Shown here piece after piece: positions 9,714 through 18,801 of a stretch of 64,000 nt of DNA; position 1 is the first letter of the stretch, and the number at the start of each line of letters is the position of its first letter. The notes beneath the pieces are model-generated. The model saw only the letters and a list, made by a program, of their open reading frames with translations. It did not search any database and was not told where the DNA came from. The stretch is taken from the NCBI GenBank assembly GCA_021844945.1, contig JAKBSJ010000002.1:38965-102964 (forward strand), given 5' to 3'. The position numbers and the translations under genes were made by a program. The DNA comes from Thermoplasmata archaeon. Its GTDB lineage: Archaea > Thermoplasmatota > Thermoplasmata > Lutacidiplasmatales > UBA184.

Positions 9714-10202
9714 CCTACGGACCTCTCTGCACCGAGGCCGATAGTCGGCCGGGTCGAGCTACTACTCCGTACAGATCGATCTCGGTCATCGAGTTTCCAT
9801 AACGCATAGGTGGGACCCTATCATCTAAGTCCGAGGTCAACCCGGTTTGAGTCCCTCGGAAGATAAAGGTTCTCTCGGAGACGGCGTATGCGACCTCACC
9901 GTCGGTCGAGCGGGTCAAGTCCGAACCATGAACCGGAGGAGATGGTGCGGGTTCACGCAGTCCCCGGCGGAAGAGGGCTCGGTTCGATCCGGGGCAATAC
10001 CAGAAGGCGTGGTAGATTCACCACGACGGACCACTTTTCGCGTCGGTTCGTGGAAAGCGAGGACTCCGAAAGGACCTGGCAGTTGCTATCCGACGAAGAC
10101 GGTTGACACCAATCGGTCTACTCCTCGGACCAGGCTCGGGACCGGCTTCGCCTCCCTCGCCACCGATCCCGGGTCCGGCAAGATTGAGGCGTCCGCGGCG
10201 CA

Positions 10203-10364
10203 CTAGGTCGCAGTTCGATGGGTCGGGCGCTTGGGGGAGGGCGGGGTCTCCTCGAGACCGGAGTGCGCTTCCTCCCGATGCAGGGCGAGGGTCTCCTCGG
10301 AACGGAAGACGCGGCCGCACTTGGGGCAGATCGCCTCTATCTCATCGTACTCCACGTATGGCAT
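10203..10364 (-). CDS. Small C2H2 zinc-finger protein (53 aa), absent from the ORF track
   Basis: Hand translation: MPYVEYDEIEAICPKCGRVFRSEETLALHREEAHSGLEETPPSPKRPTHRTAT*. It has the classical C-x2-C-x12-H-x4-H spacing. It lies 60 nt downstream of, and co-oriented with, the zinc-ribbon membrane protein gene. Confidence 0.55.
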   Translation of the reverse strand: MPYVEYDEIEAICPKCGRVFRSEETLALHREEAHSGLEETPPSPKRPTHRTAT

Positions 10365-10423
10365 CGCAAGGGCGGCGAGGGACGGGCTCGCCTAAGGACC
10401 TTCCGAATCGCCGTCGCGGGACC

Positions 10424-11320
10424 CTACGACGCCCCGGGGACCGAGCGTGCCATCGCACGCTTGCGAACCCCCCACGCGGCGATGATGATCAGGATGTAAC
10501 CGACCAGGTTGATGTACGGGAAGATCGAAAGGACCATTCCCACCTTGAACAGGACCGCGTCGTAACGAGTCCCCAGCCTCCATAGGCCGAGCCAGATTCC
10601 GATCAGGCCGATCAACGCGAGGAGGGCGCCGAGCAGGGAGATGCCGGCTGCTCCGATCAACCTCCCGGTGTAGGGGCTGATGCACGACGACGGTATGGGC
10701 ACCACGCCTGCCGCGCAGGAAACGATGCCGCCGAAGAGATAGAGGACCCAGGCGACGCCCCCGATTGCGATGATCACGCCGGCGATTGCGACCCAACTGA
10801 GGCGGGCGGGGGTGCGGAACCGCCGATCGTTCGGCGCGAGCGCGGCGAACGAGCGACCGTACAGGAAGTACTGCAGGGCCGAGAAGGCCCCCGCGACCGC
10901 CGCGACGGCGATCAGCGCACTGACCACCGTGGTCGAGAAAGCGTGCAGGCCCGTGGTATTCAGGTTCGAGAGAGCAATGCCAAGGATGGCGGGGAGAGCG
11001 ATCGTAACTGCGTACGCGACGAATCCCAGGATCGCGGCCAAGAGAATCCACCGCATCGATCCGGCGTCGACGGGCCCCCACGGCTCGGTCGGCGGAGCGG
11101 CGCCACCCGTTCCGGGGTACGGAGGAGGATTCCCCGTTGCCGCCCCGCCGCCGGTGGCCCAAGGGGGGGCCGAAGATACCGGCGGAAGGGACGGGGAGCC
11201 CGAGGGTGGGTACGGCGGCGGGGTGCCAGCCGGCGGCATTGCCCGACCGCATGCCGGGCAATACGCCGCGTTGGCATCCACAGGTCGCCCACAGTTGGGA
11301 CAGTATCGAACGGCTGCCAT
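10424..11320 (-). CDS. Zinc-ribbon membrane protein (DUF973-like)
   Basis: N-terminal CPNCG..CPACG ribbon, a Pro/Gly-rich linker (PPYPP repeats), then about 6 TM helices. Confidence 0.6.
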   Translation of the reverse strand: MAAVRYCPNCGRPVDANAAYCPACGRAMPPAGTPPPYPPSGSPSLPPVSSAPPWATGGGAATGNPPPYPGTGGAAPPTEPWGPVDAGSMRWILLAAILGFVAYAVTIALPAILGIALSNLNTTGLHAFSTTVVSALIAVAAVAGAFSALQYFLYGRSFAALAPNDRRFRTPARLSWVAIAGVIIAIGGVAWVLYLFGGIVSCAAGVVPIPSSCISPYTGRLIGAAGISLLGALLALIGLIGIWLGLWRLGTRYDAVLFKVGMVLSIFPYINLVGYILIIIAAWGVRKRAMARSVPGAS

Positions 11321-11435
11321 TCGGACGGAAGACGGGGGCAGTCGTGGAATATCTTTCTTCCGATGGGCCGGCAGGGGTTGGAAACACCGCCCGAACGCGT
11401 CGAGGTCTCTGCTCGGTTATAGATTACGATACCGA

Positions 11436-11444
11436 TTTATATAT
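11436..11444 (+). promoter_or_regulatory. TATA box for the PadR-ABC operon
   Basis: tttatatat lies 22 nt upstream of the GTG start at 11466 and is the most AT-rich patch of the divergent intergenic region. Confidence 0.5.
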
Positions 11445-11465
11445 CGCGACTAGGTCTCGACTCCT

Positions 11466-11999
11466 GTGACGCCCCAACGTCTCCCGCGTCGTCGATGGCC
11501 CGGCGGCTTGGTCGGCACCTACGCGCTCGCCATGATGAGCCGGGCCCCGATCTATGGAGGAGAGCTTGCTCAGCGCATTGAAGACCTCACGCGGGGCGCA
11601 TGGAGACCGGGCGCGGGCGCGATCTACCCGAGCTTGAGAGGGCTCGTCTCGAGGGGGGAGGCACGGATCGGTCGCCAGGACGGGCGAAAGGTGTACGTCT
11701 TGACCGCCCGCGGAGCCGCGCGCCTGAAAGACCTGCGCAGTCGCATCCGGGAGCGGGGCAGCCGGTTCGCCGAGCTTCGCAACCTGATTTTGGACATGGT
11801 CGAGCCCTCGGACCGGGCCGCCATCATGCTGGACCAACTTCACCACTCGATCCGCGGCTTCGAACAGATGTATCGGTCGCCGGACTCGATTCCGGACGCT
11901 CGGGCCCGAGCGCGAGCGCTGGCGCGAGCCCGCGCGGAGCTTCGACAAGGGCTCGCACGGCTCGGTCCGCCGAAGGGCCATCGAGGTTCTCGTGAGTGA
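11466..11999 (+). CDS. PadR-family winged-helix transcriptional regulator
   Basis: PadR-type wHTH core (YGGELAQRIEDLTRGAWRPGAGAIYPSLRGLVSRGE...DGRKVYVLT). It overlaps the downstream ABC ATPase gene by 8 nt. Confidence 0.6.
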   Translation: MTPQRLPRRRWPGGLVGTYALAMMSRAPIYGGELAQRIEDLTRGAWRPGAGAIYPSLRGLVSRGEARIGRQDGRKVYVLTARGAARLKDLRSRIRERGSRFAELRNLILDMVEPSDRAAIMLDQLHHSIRGFEQMYRSPDSIPDARARARALARARAELRQGLARLGPPKGHRGSRE

Positions 12000-12975
12000 A
12001 GACGCGATCGTCGCGAACGGCATCACGAAGGCCTACGGCTCGATGACCGCGGTCGACCACGTCTCATTCCGCGTTCCGAGCGGAGGGATCTTCGGTCTGC
12101 TCGGCCCGAACGGTGCGGGGAAGACGACCATTATCAAGGTCCTTACCGGACTCTCGGACCTGACCGGGGGAGACGCCCGGGTCGCAGGATTCGATGTCCG
12201 CAAGTACCCGATGGAGGTCAAGCAGCGGATCGGCTGGGTCGCCGCCGAGGTGATTCTCGACGACGACTTCTCCGGCTGGGAGAACCTCTGGCTCCAGGCG
12301 AAGTTCCAGCGGGTCGCCGAATGGAAGGACCGGGCCAAGCAGCTCCTCGATTACTTCGCGCTCTCCGCATTCAAGGACAACAAGGTGGGCACGTACTCGA
12401 CCGGGATGCGCAAGAAGCTCGAGATTGCGCTCGCCCTCCTGCACGAGCCCCAGATCATCTTCATGGACGAGCCGACGATCGGCCTCGATCCCGGAACGCG
12501 TCGAATGCTCTGGGAGCTCATCACCGGCGTGAATCGGGAGTACGGGATCACGATCTTCCTCACAAGCCACTACATCGAGGAGGCCGACGCGCTCTGCAGC
12601 CAGGTGGCGATCCTCGACCAAGGCAAGATCGCCGCGATGGGCTCGCCCAACGACCTCAAGGCCCGGGTCCAGGGCGACTACATCGAGCTCGAGACGGGCG
12701 AACCGGTCAACGAGACGCGACTACTCGCGATCCCCGGCGTCCGCGAGGTACGGGTCCAGGGCCGGACCTGGATTCTCAAGGTCGACCGCTCGGAGGAGTT
12801 CCTCCCCAGCCTCTTCGATCACGTGAAGCCGGACCTGATCCGCAAGATCAACGTCGAGAAGCCGAGCCTTGAGTCCGTCTTCATGCAGCTGACGGGCAAG
12901 CGGATCGACCAAGCGGGGGCGGAGGTCCAGGACTATCGCAAGTTCTACGCAAACGTTCGGAGGGCCCGCGGATGA
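11992..12975 (+). CDS. ABC transporter ATP-binding protein (DrrA/ABC-2 type)
   Basis: Walker A GLLGPNGAGKTT, signature YSTGMRKKLEIA, Walker B IIFMDEPTIGLD. Confidence 0.85.
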   Translation: MSEDAIVANGITKAYGSMTAVDHVSFRVPSGGIFGLLGPNGAGKTTIIKVLTGLSDLTGGDARVAGFDVRKYPMEVKQRIGWVAAEVILDDDFSGWENLWLQAKFQRVAEWKDRAKQLLDYFALSAFKDNKVGTYSTGMRKKLEIALALLHEPQIIFMDEPTIGLDPGTRRMLWELITGVNREYGITIFLTSHYIEEADALCSQVAILDQGKIAAMGSPNDLKARVQGDYIELETGEPVNETRLLAIPGVREVRVQGRTWILKVDRSEEFLPSLFDHVKPDLIRKINVEKPSLESVFMQLTGKRIDQAGAEVQDYRKFYANVRRARG

Positions 12976-13829
12976 GCACCGAGACCGAGCACGGCGTCGC
13001 GCTCCCCACTCCGAACGTCGTCGCCCCGCCGACCTCCGAGCTCCATCGGATCGGTCAGATGAGCCAGTTCACGGGTCTGTACTCCCGCGAGCTCCTGCGT
13101 ACCTTCCGAAACCCTTGGGTCCTCGTGATCACCGTCGTTCAGCCGTTCATGTGGCTCGCCTTCTTCGGCTCGAGCTTCGCGAACGTTCCGCTAGCCGAGC
13201 TCGAAAAACTGCTGCACATCACCATCTCGAGCTACACCCAATTCCTGCTCCCGGGGGTCCTGTCGACCTCGATGCTCAGCGTCGGGATGTTTGGCGCGAT
13301 GAGCACGATCCAGGACAAGCGGTTTGGCTACATGAAGCGGATTTTGCTCACGCCCACGTCCAAGTCCACGGTGTTCCTTGCGAAGGCCCTCGGCTCCGCG
13401 ACGCGGGGGCTCGTCCAGATCCCGGTAATGGTCGTCGCCGCCCTTGCGTTCGGCGTTCAGCTGGACGGAAGCCTCCTCATGTGGGCCGGCTTCGTCCTCG
13501 CGCTGATCTTCCTCGCACTCGGGTTCTCAAGCCTGTTCCTCGCGGTGACCGCATCGAGCACCGACTGGCAGACCCCGGGGGTCATCTCGAACTTCATCAT
13601 GATGCCCCTGATGTTCGCGAGCGGGGCGCTTTTTCCGACGGCGAACTTCCCGGCCTGGATGGCTACGATCGCCAACTGGAACCCGGTGACCTACACCGCC
13701 CTCTTGGGGCGCGGGGTCGTCGTCAGCGGCACCTTTGACTGGCTCTACCTCGGCTACGTTGCGCTCTTTGCCGGACTCCTGGTGCTCGCGGGTACCTTGG
13801 TGGGCCGCAAGTACATGAAGGTCGAGTGA
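12972..13829 (+). CDS. ABC-2 type transporter permease
   Basis: 6-TM hydrophobic ORF overlapping the ATPase stop by 4 nt. ABC-2 permease-like length and topology. Confidence 0.75.
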   Translation: MSTETEHGVALPTPNVVAPPTSELHRIGQMSQFTGLYSRELLRTFRNPWVLVITVVQPFMWLAFFGSSFANVPLAELEKLLHITISSYTQFLLPGVLSTSMLSVGMFGAMSTIQDKRFGYMKRILLTPTSKSTVFLAKALGSATRGLVQIPVMVVAALAFGVQLDGSLLMWAGFVLALIFLALGFSSLFLAVTASSTDWQTPGVISNFIMMPLMFASGALFPTANFPAWMATIANWNPVTYTALLGRGVVVSGTFDWLYLGYVALFAGLLVLAGTLVGRKYMKVE

Positions 13830-13923
13830 CCCGGAGGCGGAGAGGACCCCCGGGCATGGGTGGTGTAGGGGTGCGCTCACGCTTATACGACTCCTCCCCA
13901 CCTAGCACGTAGGTGACATCGTC

Positions 13924-14799
13924 ATGACCGCTCTTCTCCGCTCGGTCGCCCAACGCTTCCCCGGAATCGAGACGATGGAGGGGGCCGGAGTCCGTCTCCG
14001 GCGGATGTTCGGCAACCGCCAGGTCCCGCTGTTCGATCCGTACCTCCTGCTGGACAACTTCGGCTCCTCGGACCCGGAGGACTACCTTGCGGGCTTTCCG
14101 TGGCACCCGCACCGGGGGATCGAAACGGTCACGTACATGCTCGAGGGCGAGGTCGCCCACGGCGATACGCTGGGTAACTCCGGCACGATCGGCCCGGGCG
14201 ATGTCCAGTGGATGACCGCCGGTAGCGGGATCATCCACCAGGAGATGCCTCAGCGCTCGGAGGGACGGCTCTCCGGGTTCCAGCTGTGGGTCAATCTGCC
14301 CGCGAAGGAGAAGATGGCTGTCCCGGCGTACCGGGGGTTATCGGGCACCGACCTCCCGATTGTCCCGCTGGAACACGGTGGCAAGGTTCGGGTGATCGCC
14401 GGAACGTTCGACCGTGTCGTCGGACCGGTACGCGGCCTTTCCGTCGATCCCACGTACCTCGACATCGACCTGCCGGCCCACGCGTCGATCGAGCTCCCCA
14501 CCCCGCGCAGCCACACCGCCTTCTCCCAGGTGGTGAACGGGTCCGGCTCGTTCGACGCGGCCCCGGGTCCGCGGGCCTCGCCGGGCGAGACGCTCCTTTA
14601 CGGACCCGGCGAGCGCGTGCGGATCGCCGCCGAAGACGGGACGCTTCGGTTCCTGTTCGTCACGGGGCGGCCGATCGGCGAACCGGTCGCGTGGTACGGC
14701 CCGATCGTGATGAATCGCCCGGAGGAGCTGAACGAGGCGGCGCGCGAACTACAGACCGGCCAGTTCATCCGCCACCGCTCCCCGATCCTCGAGGAGTAA
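13924..14799 (+). CDS. Pirin-family cupin protein
   Basis: Pirin N-terminal motifs PWHPHRGIETVTYMLEGEVAHGD and WMTAGSGIIHQEMP, plus a second cupin half. Confidence 0.8.
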   Translation: MTALLRSVAQRFPGIETMEGAGVRLRRMFGNRQVPLFDPYLLLDNFGSSDPEDYLAGFPWHPHRGIETVTYMLEGEVAHGDTLGNSGTIGPGDVQWMTAGSGIIHQEMPQRSEGRLSGFQLWVNLPAKEKMAVPAYRGLSGTDLPIVPLEHGGKVRVIAGTFDRVVGPVRGLSVDPTYLDIDLPAHASIELPTPRSHTAFSQVVNGSGSFDAAPGPRASPGETLLYGPGERVRIAAEDGTLRFLFVTGRPIGEPVAWYGPIVMNRPEELNEAARELQTGQFIRHRSPILEE

Positions 14800-15823
14800 G
14801 GCCCTCGAGGAGCTGACGGAACGCGACGCGGAGCACTTCCGCGCTCTTATCGAGGTCCGCGAGGTCGAGCGCCTCCTCGTCGGTGTGGTCGAGGTGGGCG
14901 TCCCCCGGTCCGTAGGCGGCGCCGCCGAGTCCCCAGGCCGGGGCCACGATGTTGAGGTCCGACGTGCCGCCCTTGCGCCAGAGCGTCGGCCGCCCGCCCT
15001 GAGCACGGATCCCGTCGACCAGCGCACGGACCACCGGGTCCGAACGGCCGCTCTCGAACGGCTCGATGGAAGCGATCGTCTCGATGGAGTCGGCGGCCGT
15101 GAGCGGGGGCAGGGAAGCCGCGACGCTCGCTACCGTTCGGCCCGGGGGGATCCGCAGGTCGACCACGACCTCCACCGATTCCCTTCCGGCGCTCTCGCCC
15201 GATCGGATCGCATCGACCTTGACGGTCAGGGAGTGAAAGCGGTCGACCCCCGTGTCGGATAGCCCCCGCACCGCGTGGGCCCAGTCCATGGCACGCTCGG
15301 TGGTCGACGGATCGGGGGACGAGAGATGGCGACGCTCCCCGCGTATCCGTGCGCGAAGTCGAAGGTCTCCCTTGTAACCGATGGCGATGCCGTTCCAGCC
15401 GCTCGGTTCCCCGGCGATGACCGCCTCCGGCGCCAGCGAGGGGATCAGGTGCGTTGCGCCGCGGCTGTCCGACTCCTCGCCGACCGAAGCGACGACCACG
15501 AGCTCGCCGTGCGGAAGGGCCTCGGGGCGGGCGAGCAGCGCGGAGAGGAGGGGTCCCTTCGCGTCGCACGCCCCGCGACCTAGGATGCGGCTCCCTTCCC
15601 GGCGAACCGGGATCCGCCCGGGGACCGTATCGATGTGTCCGAGGTAGACGATCTGCGGGCGCCCGCGGCCGCAGCGCGCGATCCCGTTGCCGGCCGCGTC
15701 GGTCTCGACCGCAAAGCCGAGGCGGGCAGCGACCCGGACGAAAGCGCGGACCCCTGCGGCCTCGTCACCCGTCGGGCTGTACGCCTCGAGGAGGTCTGTG
15801 AGGAGAGCGGCCTCATCGGCCAT
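14765..15823 (-). CDS. lysK: [LysW]-lysine/ornithine hydrolase (M20 family, LysK/ArgE-like)
   Basis: M20 metallopeptidase motifs (LGHIDTVPG, GACDAKG). Last gene of the lysW cluster. Its 3' end overlaps the pirin gene 3' end by 35 nt. Confidence 0.75.
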   Translation of the reverse strand: MADEAALLTDLLEAYSPTGDEAAGVRAFVRVAARLGFAVETDAAGNGIARCGRGRPQIVYLGHIDTVPGRIPVRREGSRILGRGACDAKGPLLSALLARPEALPHGELVVVASVGEESDSRGATHLIPSLAPEAVIAGEPSGWNGIAIGYKGDLRLRARIRGERRHLSSPDPSTTERAMDWAHAVRGLSDTGVDRFHSLTVKVDAIRSGESAGRESVEVVVDLRIPPGRTVASVAASLPPLTAADSIETIASIEPFESGRSDPVVRALVDGIRAQGGRPTLWRKGGTSDLNIVAPAWGLGGAAYGPGDAHLDHTDEEALDLADLDKSAEVLRVAFRQLLEGLTPRGSGSGGG

Positions 15824-16973
15824 CGCGCAGGACCTCGTCGATCGTGGCGAGCGCCGAGTCCCAGTCCGCTTCGGCGATTGGGATCGGCGGCAGGAGCCGG
15901 AGGACCTCGGGACCCGCCGCGCTGGCGAGATAGCCCCGCCGGCGCAGCTCCTCCAGGTAGGGCGCCGCCCGCTCCCGGAGCTCGATGCCGATCATCATCC
16001 CGAGCCCCCGTACTTCGCGGATCTTGGGGTTCGCGAACTCGCGTAGGCGCTCCCGCCCCGCGTTCCCGAGGCGTTCCGCGCGCTCGTCGATCCGTTCGTT
16101 GACCAGGACGTCCAGCGCGGCCACGCCGGCGGCGCACGCGATCGGGTTCCCCCCGAACGTCGAGTGGAGCGTTCCTTGGAACTTCGCCTCGACGTCGGTC
16201 GTCGTGACCGTCGCGCCGATCGGGATGCCTCCCGCGAGCGACTTCGCGAGCGCGAGGATGTCGGGGTGGATCCCGTAGCGCTCGAACGCCCATCGGCGAC
16301 CGGTCCGGCCCATGCCGGTCTGGATCTCGTCGAAGATCAACTTCGCCCCGTGGGCGTCGCACGCGGTCCGCGCCGCCCGAATAAATTCGGGGTCGGCCAC
16401 GTGGATGCCGCCTTCGCCCTGGACGAGCTCGACGATCACGCCGGCGGTCCGGTCCGTGACCATGGCTTCCAGCTTGGCGATGTCGTTCAAGGGCACGTGA
16501 GCGAACCCCGGAACGAGCGGTTCGAACGGCCGGCGCAGATCCGAGCGCCAGGTCGCGGACAGCGCGCCCATCGTGCGCCCGTGAAAGCCGCGCATCATCG
16601 CGACGAACTCCGTCCGGCCGGTGGCCGATCGCGCGAGCTTGATCGCCGTCTCCATCGCTTCGGTCCCGGAGTTCGATAGGAACACGCGCGCGAGGCGCGG
16701 GGGCATCAGGCTGAGCAATCGGTCGACGAAGTCGATACGCGGTCGGGTCGTGTAGCCCGAGCTGACGAAGACGAGCTCGCCGGCCTGGCGCTGGATGGCC
16801 TCGACGATGCGCGGATGGGAGTGCCCTAGATTGGCGACGCCGAGGGAGGCCCCCAAATCCACGTACTTGCCTCCGGTCGCGTCCCAGACGTAGGCTCCCT
16901 CCCCGCGGACGATCGTCCGTCGAGCCACTCCCGCGATGCCGAACTCCCCGCGAGCGATCTCCGAGCCCATCAT
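15813..16973 (-). CDS. lysJ: [LysW]-aminoadipate semialdehyde / acetylornithine-type class III aminotransferase
   Basis: Class III PLP aminotransferase blocks (SNSGTEAMETAIKLAR, FDEIQTGMGRTG). Overlaps lysK and lysZ. Confidence 0.8.
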   Translation of the reverse strand: MMGSEIARGEFGIAGVARRTIVRGEGAYVWDATGGKYVDLGASLGVANLGHSHPRIVEAIQRQAGELVFVSSGYTTRPRIDFVDRLLSLMPPRLARVFLSNSGTEAMETAIKLARSATGRTEFVAMMRGFHGRTMGALSATWRSDLRRPFEPLVPGFAHVPLNDIAKLEAMVTDRTAGVIVELVQGEGGIHVADPEFIRAARTACDAHGAKLIFDEIQTGMGRTGRRWAFERYGIHPDILALAKSLAGGIPIGATVTTTDVEAKFQGTLHSTFGGNPIACAAGVAALDVLVNERIDERAERLGNAGRERLREFANPKIREVRGLGMMIGIELRERAAPYLEELRRRGYLASAAGPEVLRLLPPIPIAEADWDSALATIDEVLRDGR

Positions 16974-17767
16974 ACGAACACGGTCCCCTGTCCGGCCAGT
17001 GCCGCCGCAACGGGTCGCGGGATCGCCGACGGGCCGATGACGGCGCTCCCGACCCCGGCGCGAACGGCCTCGATCGCGGCCCGGACCTTTTTGTGCATCC
17101 GTCCGCGCGCAGCGGTCATCACCTCGGCCTCGTTCGAGGCGTCGACCCGAGGGATAAGGCTCCGTGGGTCGTCCGCATCGCGCAGGACGCCACCCACGTT
17201 CGTCAGCAGCACTAGCCCGTCCGCGTGGAGCGCCGCCGCGACGCGCGCAGCCACGCGATCGGCGTCGACGTTCACGACCTCTCCTTCGGGCGTAAGGGCC
17301 GGGGGACCGATGACCGGAACGTATCCGCCCTGTCGCAACCGCTCGATCAGGTCGGTCCGGACCGACTCGAGCGAACCGGAGAGGTCGTCGGCCACCCGGA
17401 CGACGCGCCCATCTTGGACCGCGCGCGCTCCTTCCTTGCGCCGGGCGGTCAGGAGACCGCCGTCGACGCCCGAGAGGCCCACCGCCGGCACGTGGCGTGT
17501 CGCGAGCTCCCGGACGATGCGGGTCTGGACGCTCCCGGCGAGCGCAAGGATCACCACTTCTAAGTGGGCCGCGTCCGTGTGCCGGGAGACGGTACCGCTG
17601 GGGCTGGTGTAGTATCGGGGGGGCCGACCGAGCGCAGTGCCCAGACGATCGATCTCTTCGGATCCGCCGTGGACAAGAACGTATTCGGACGGACGCAGAG
17701 CTACCTCGTCGAGCACGGGAGCGAGGCGGTTCCCGCTCGCTCCTCCGACCTTCACGACGATCGTCAT
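16970..17767 (-). CDS. lysZ: [LysW]-aminoadipate/glutamate kinase (amino acid kinase family)
   Basis: Start moved to MTIVVKVGGAS (ATG 17767), which is family-typical and leaves a 5-nt gap after the lysY stop. Confidence 0.8.
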   Translation of the reverse strand: MTIVVKVGGASGNRLAPVLDEVALRPSEYVLVHGGSEEIDRLGTALGRPPRYYTSPSGTVSRHTDAAHLEVVILALAGSVQTRIVRELATRHVPAVGLSGVDGGLLTARRKEGARAVQDGRVVRVADDLSGSLESVRTDLIERLRQGGYVPVIGPPALTPEGEVVNVDADRVAARVAAALHADGLVLLTNVGGVLRDADDPRSLIPRVDASNEAEVMTAARGRMHKKVRAAIEAVRAGVGSAVIGPSAIPRPVAAALAGQGTVFV

Positions 17768-17772
17768 GCGCC

Positions 17773-18801
17773 CTACGCCGGGTGAAGGCCCGCGAACTCG
17801 AGACCTCGCGTCTCGGGGAACCCTGCGGCGATGTTGAGGCACTGGAGGGCGTTGCCGGCGGCGCCCTTCATGAGGTTGTCAATGGCGCTCAGGGCGACCA
17901 CGCGTCCCGCACGGGGGTCCAGGGCGAACCCGACGTCCGCGTAGTTCGACCCGTAAAGGACCTTCGGATCCGGGGCGCGGTGGATCCCGTCCGGGTCGTG
18001 AACGATGCGCACGAACGGCTCGTTCGCGTAGGCGGCCCGGTAGGCGCGCCAGAGCTGCTTGTCGTCGGTCGGACCGGCGCCGGCGGCGTGGCAGGTGGAA
18101 AGCACGCCCCGCACCGAGCCGACCGCATGCGCGCTCATCGCGATCCGGAGACCCGTTTCCTGCTCGATCTCGGCGGTGTGGCGGTGGCCGACCGGAGCGT
18201 ACGGACGGACCGCACCGCTGCGCTCGGGATGGGCGGCGGCCGGACCGGCGTCCGCGCCCCCCGCAGACGAGCCGCTCTTCGCGTCGACGATGACCGGGCG
18301 CTTCGCGTCGATCAGTTGCGCGTCGACCAAGGGGCGCAGCGCCAGGATCGAGGCGATCGCGATGCATCCGGGATTCGCGATGAGCCGGGCGCCTCGCAGC
18401 GCGTCGCGATGCAGCTCGGGAACCCCATACACGCTCCGGCGGAGGAGTTCGGGGTGCGGATGCTCGACGCCGTAGAACTCGGGGTACTTGGCCGGGTCCT
18501 TGAGGCGGTGGTCGGCCGAGAGATCCACGACAAACCCGCCGGACGCCAGCCACTCCGGCATCCGGCCCATGGCCGAACGATGCGGAACGGCGATGAACGT
18601 GACGTCCGCAGGCTCGACCTTCTCGTGCGGCACGAACACGAGCTCGGTGCGCTTGCGAAGGTTCGGGTGCACCCGGCCGACGGCCTGGCCGGCGTAGCTA
18701 TCGGAACTGACCTGCACGACCTCGAGGTCCGGATGCTGGAGGGCGAGGCGTAGGAGCTCGCCGCCGACATACCCCGACGCGCCGACGATCGCGGTCTTCA
18801 T
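17773..18801 (-). CDS. lysY: [LysW]-aminoadipyl/glutamyl-phosphate reductase (ArgC family)
   Basis: N-terminal GASGYVGGELLRL NAD(P) fold and active-site ANPGCIA Cys motif. Confidence 0.85.
   Translation of the reverse strand: MKTAIVGASGYVGGELLRLALQHPDLEVVQVSSDSYAGQAVGRVHPNLRKRTELVFVPHEKVEPADVTFIAVPHRSAMGRMPEWLASGGFVVDLSADHRLKDPAKYPEFYGVEHPHPELLRRSVYGVPELHRDALRGARLIANPGCIAIASILALRPLVDAQLIDAKRPVIVDAKSGSSAGGADAGPAAAHPERSGAVRPYAPVGHRHTAEIEQETGLRIAMSAHAVGSVRGVLSTCHAAGAGPTDDKQLWRAYRAAYANEPFVRIVHDPDGIHRAPDPKVLYGSNYADVGFALDPRAGRVVALSAIDNLMKGAAGNALQCLNIAAGFPETRGLEFAGLHPA

Noticed and set aside
9961-10012. T-arm-like sequence ctcggTTCGATCcgggg followed by gcaatacca, which suggests a tRNA 3' half.
   Set aside because: I could not find a complementary 5' acceptor strand, D-arm or anticodon arm at the proper distances on either strand. 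It is probably coincidental.
15580-17010. 476-aa minus-strand ORF across lysJ.
   Set aside because: It is out of frame with the motif-bearing lysJ reading frame and its translation is dominated by R/G/P/D. It is a shadow ORF.
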